Below, piece by piece: positions 63,436 through 64,000 of a DNA stretch of 64,000 bases. The stretch comes from Octopus sinensis (Eukaryota), in the NCBI RefSeq assembly GCF_006345805.1, contig NC_043018.1, positions 24,676,001 to 24,740,000 of the forward strand, in the 5' to 3' direction. Below the pieces are notes generated by a model. The model worked only from the letters and a program-made list of their open reading frames with translations, was not told the origin of the DNA and made no database searches. The stretch's first letter is position 1; the number at the start of each line of letters is the position of its first letter. Made by a program: the position numbers and the translations under genes.

Positions 63436-64000
63436 TATATGTGGTATAAGGAACTTATTTATGGTGGCAATTCGAAAATTTCTCTGTGTAATGGAATTTT
63501 TTTTATTATATGCAGTTTCTACGTCCTGTGTGCGTTGCTATGATTTATAAAAAAGATATTTTAATGAGAATATCGATTGTGATATGAAATTCAAACCAGA
63601 TATTCTCATTGAATTAAAATATCTTTGGTTCTACTTTGGCGTGTGATCTACAACTTCAAGAGCGATTACTTTAGGCTAGTTTTTAGTTCCTTTACTTTGC
63701 AAAACCCGCGGCTGCCAAACTCGTGCGATCTACGCGATTATCTTAATTATTATATTGTTTATTTTTGGTTTGTTATTGTTTACTAAGACACAAATGAATC
63801 GTGGTTTTATTATTATTAAAATAATGTTTACTCTCTTTTACTTGTTTCAATTATTTGACTGTGGCCATGCTGGAACACCGCCTTTAGTCGAGAAAATCGA
63901 CCCCAGGACTTATTCTTTCTAATAGGACTTATTCTATCGGTCTCTTTTGTTATGTGGGGGTCACAAATACAGACACACAAACATATACGTACACTCGATG

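Overview
AT-rich, microsatellite- and SINE-dense eukaryotic DNA. The repeat make-up suggests an octopus (cephalopod) genome; this is an inference from pattern recognition, not a database result. Only one protein-coding gene is supported: a + strand stomatin/band-7 (SPFH, MEC-2/podocin-like) gene with seven coding exons (5077-5183, 19122-19194, 21212-21294, 22445-22648, 23287-23342, 24614-24692, 26523-26720). All its introns are GT-AG, the frame stays open from exon 2 to the TAA stop, and the first coding exon is not identified. Almost all ORFs in the supplied track are microsatellite or SINE artefacts. The rest of the window is transposon-derived: several tRNA-headed and RTE-tailed SINE families, a decayed DD37D (maT) mariner, Tc1/mariner relics and MITEs, non-autonomous Helitrons, TIR elements with 8- and 9-bp target duplications, RTE/CR1/R4-type LINE fragments, foldback hairpins, a recent 841/1090-bp tandem duplication and a ~3.4-kb (TA/TATG)n block. 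The most interesting unexplained signals are four hammerhead-ribozyme-like motifs in Penelope-type repeats, one of them fused to a tRNA-like Pol III head in the stomatin intron. There is also an apparent CpG-retention boundary near 56-57 kb.
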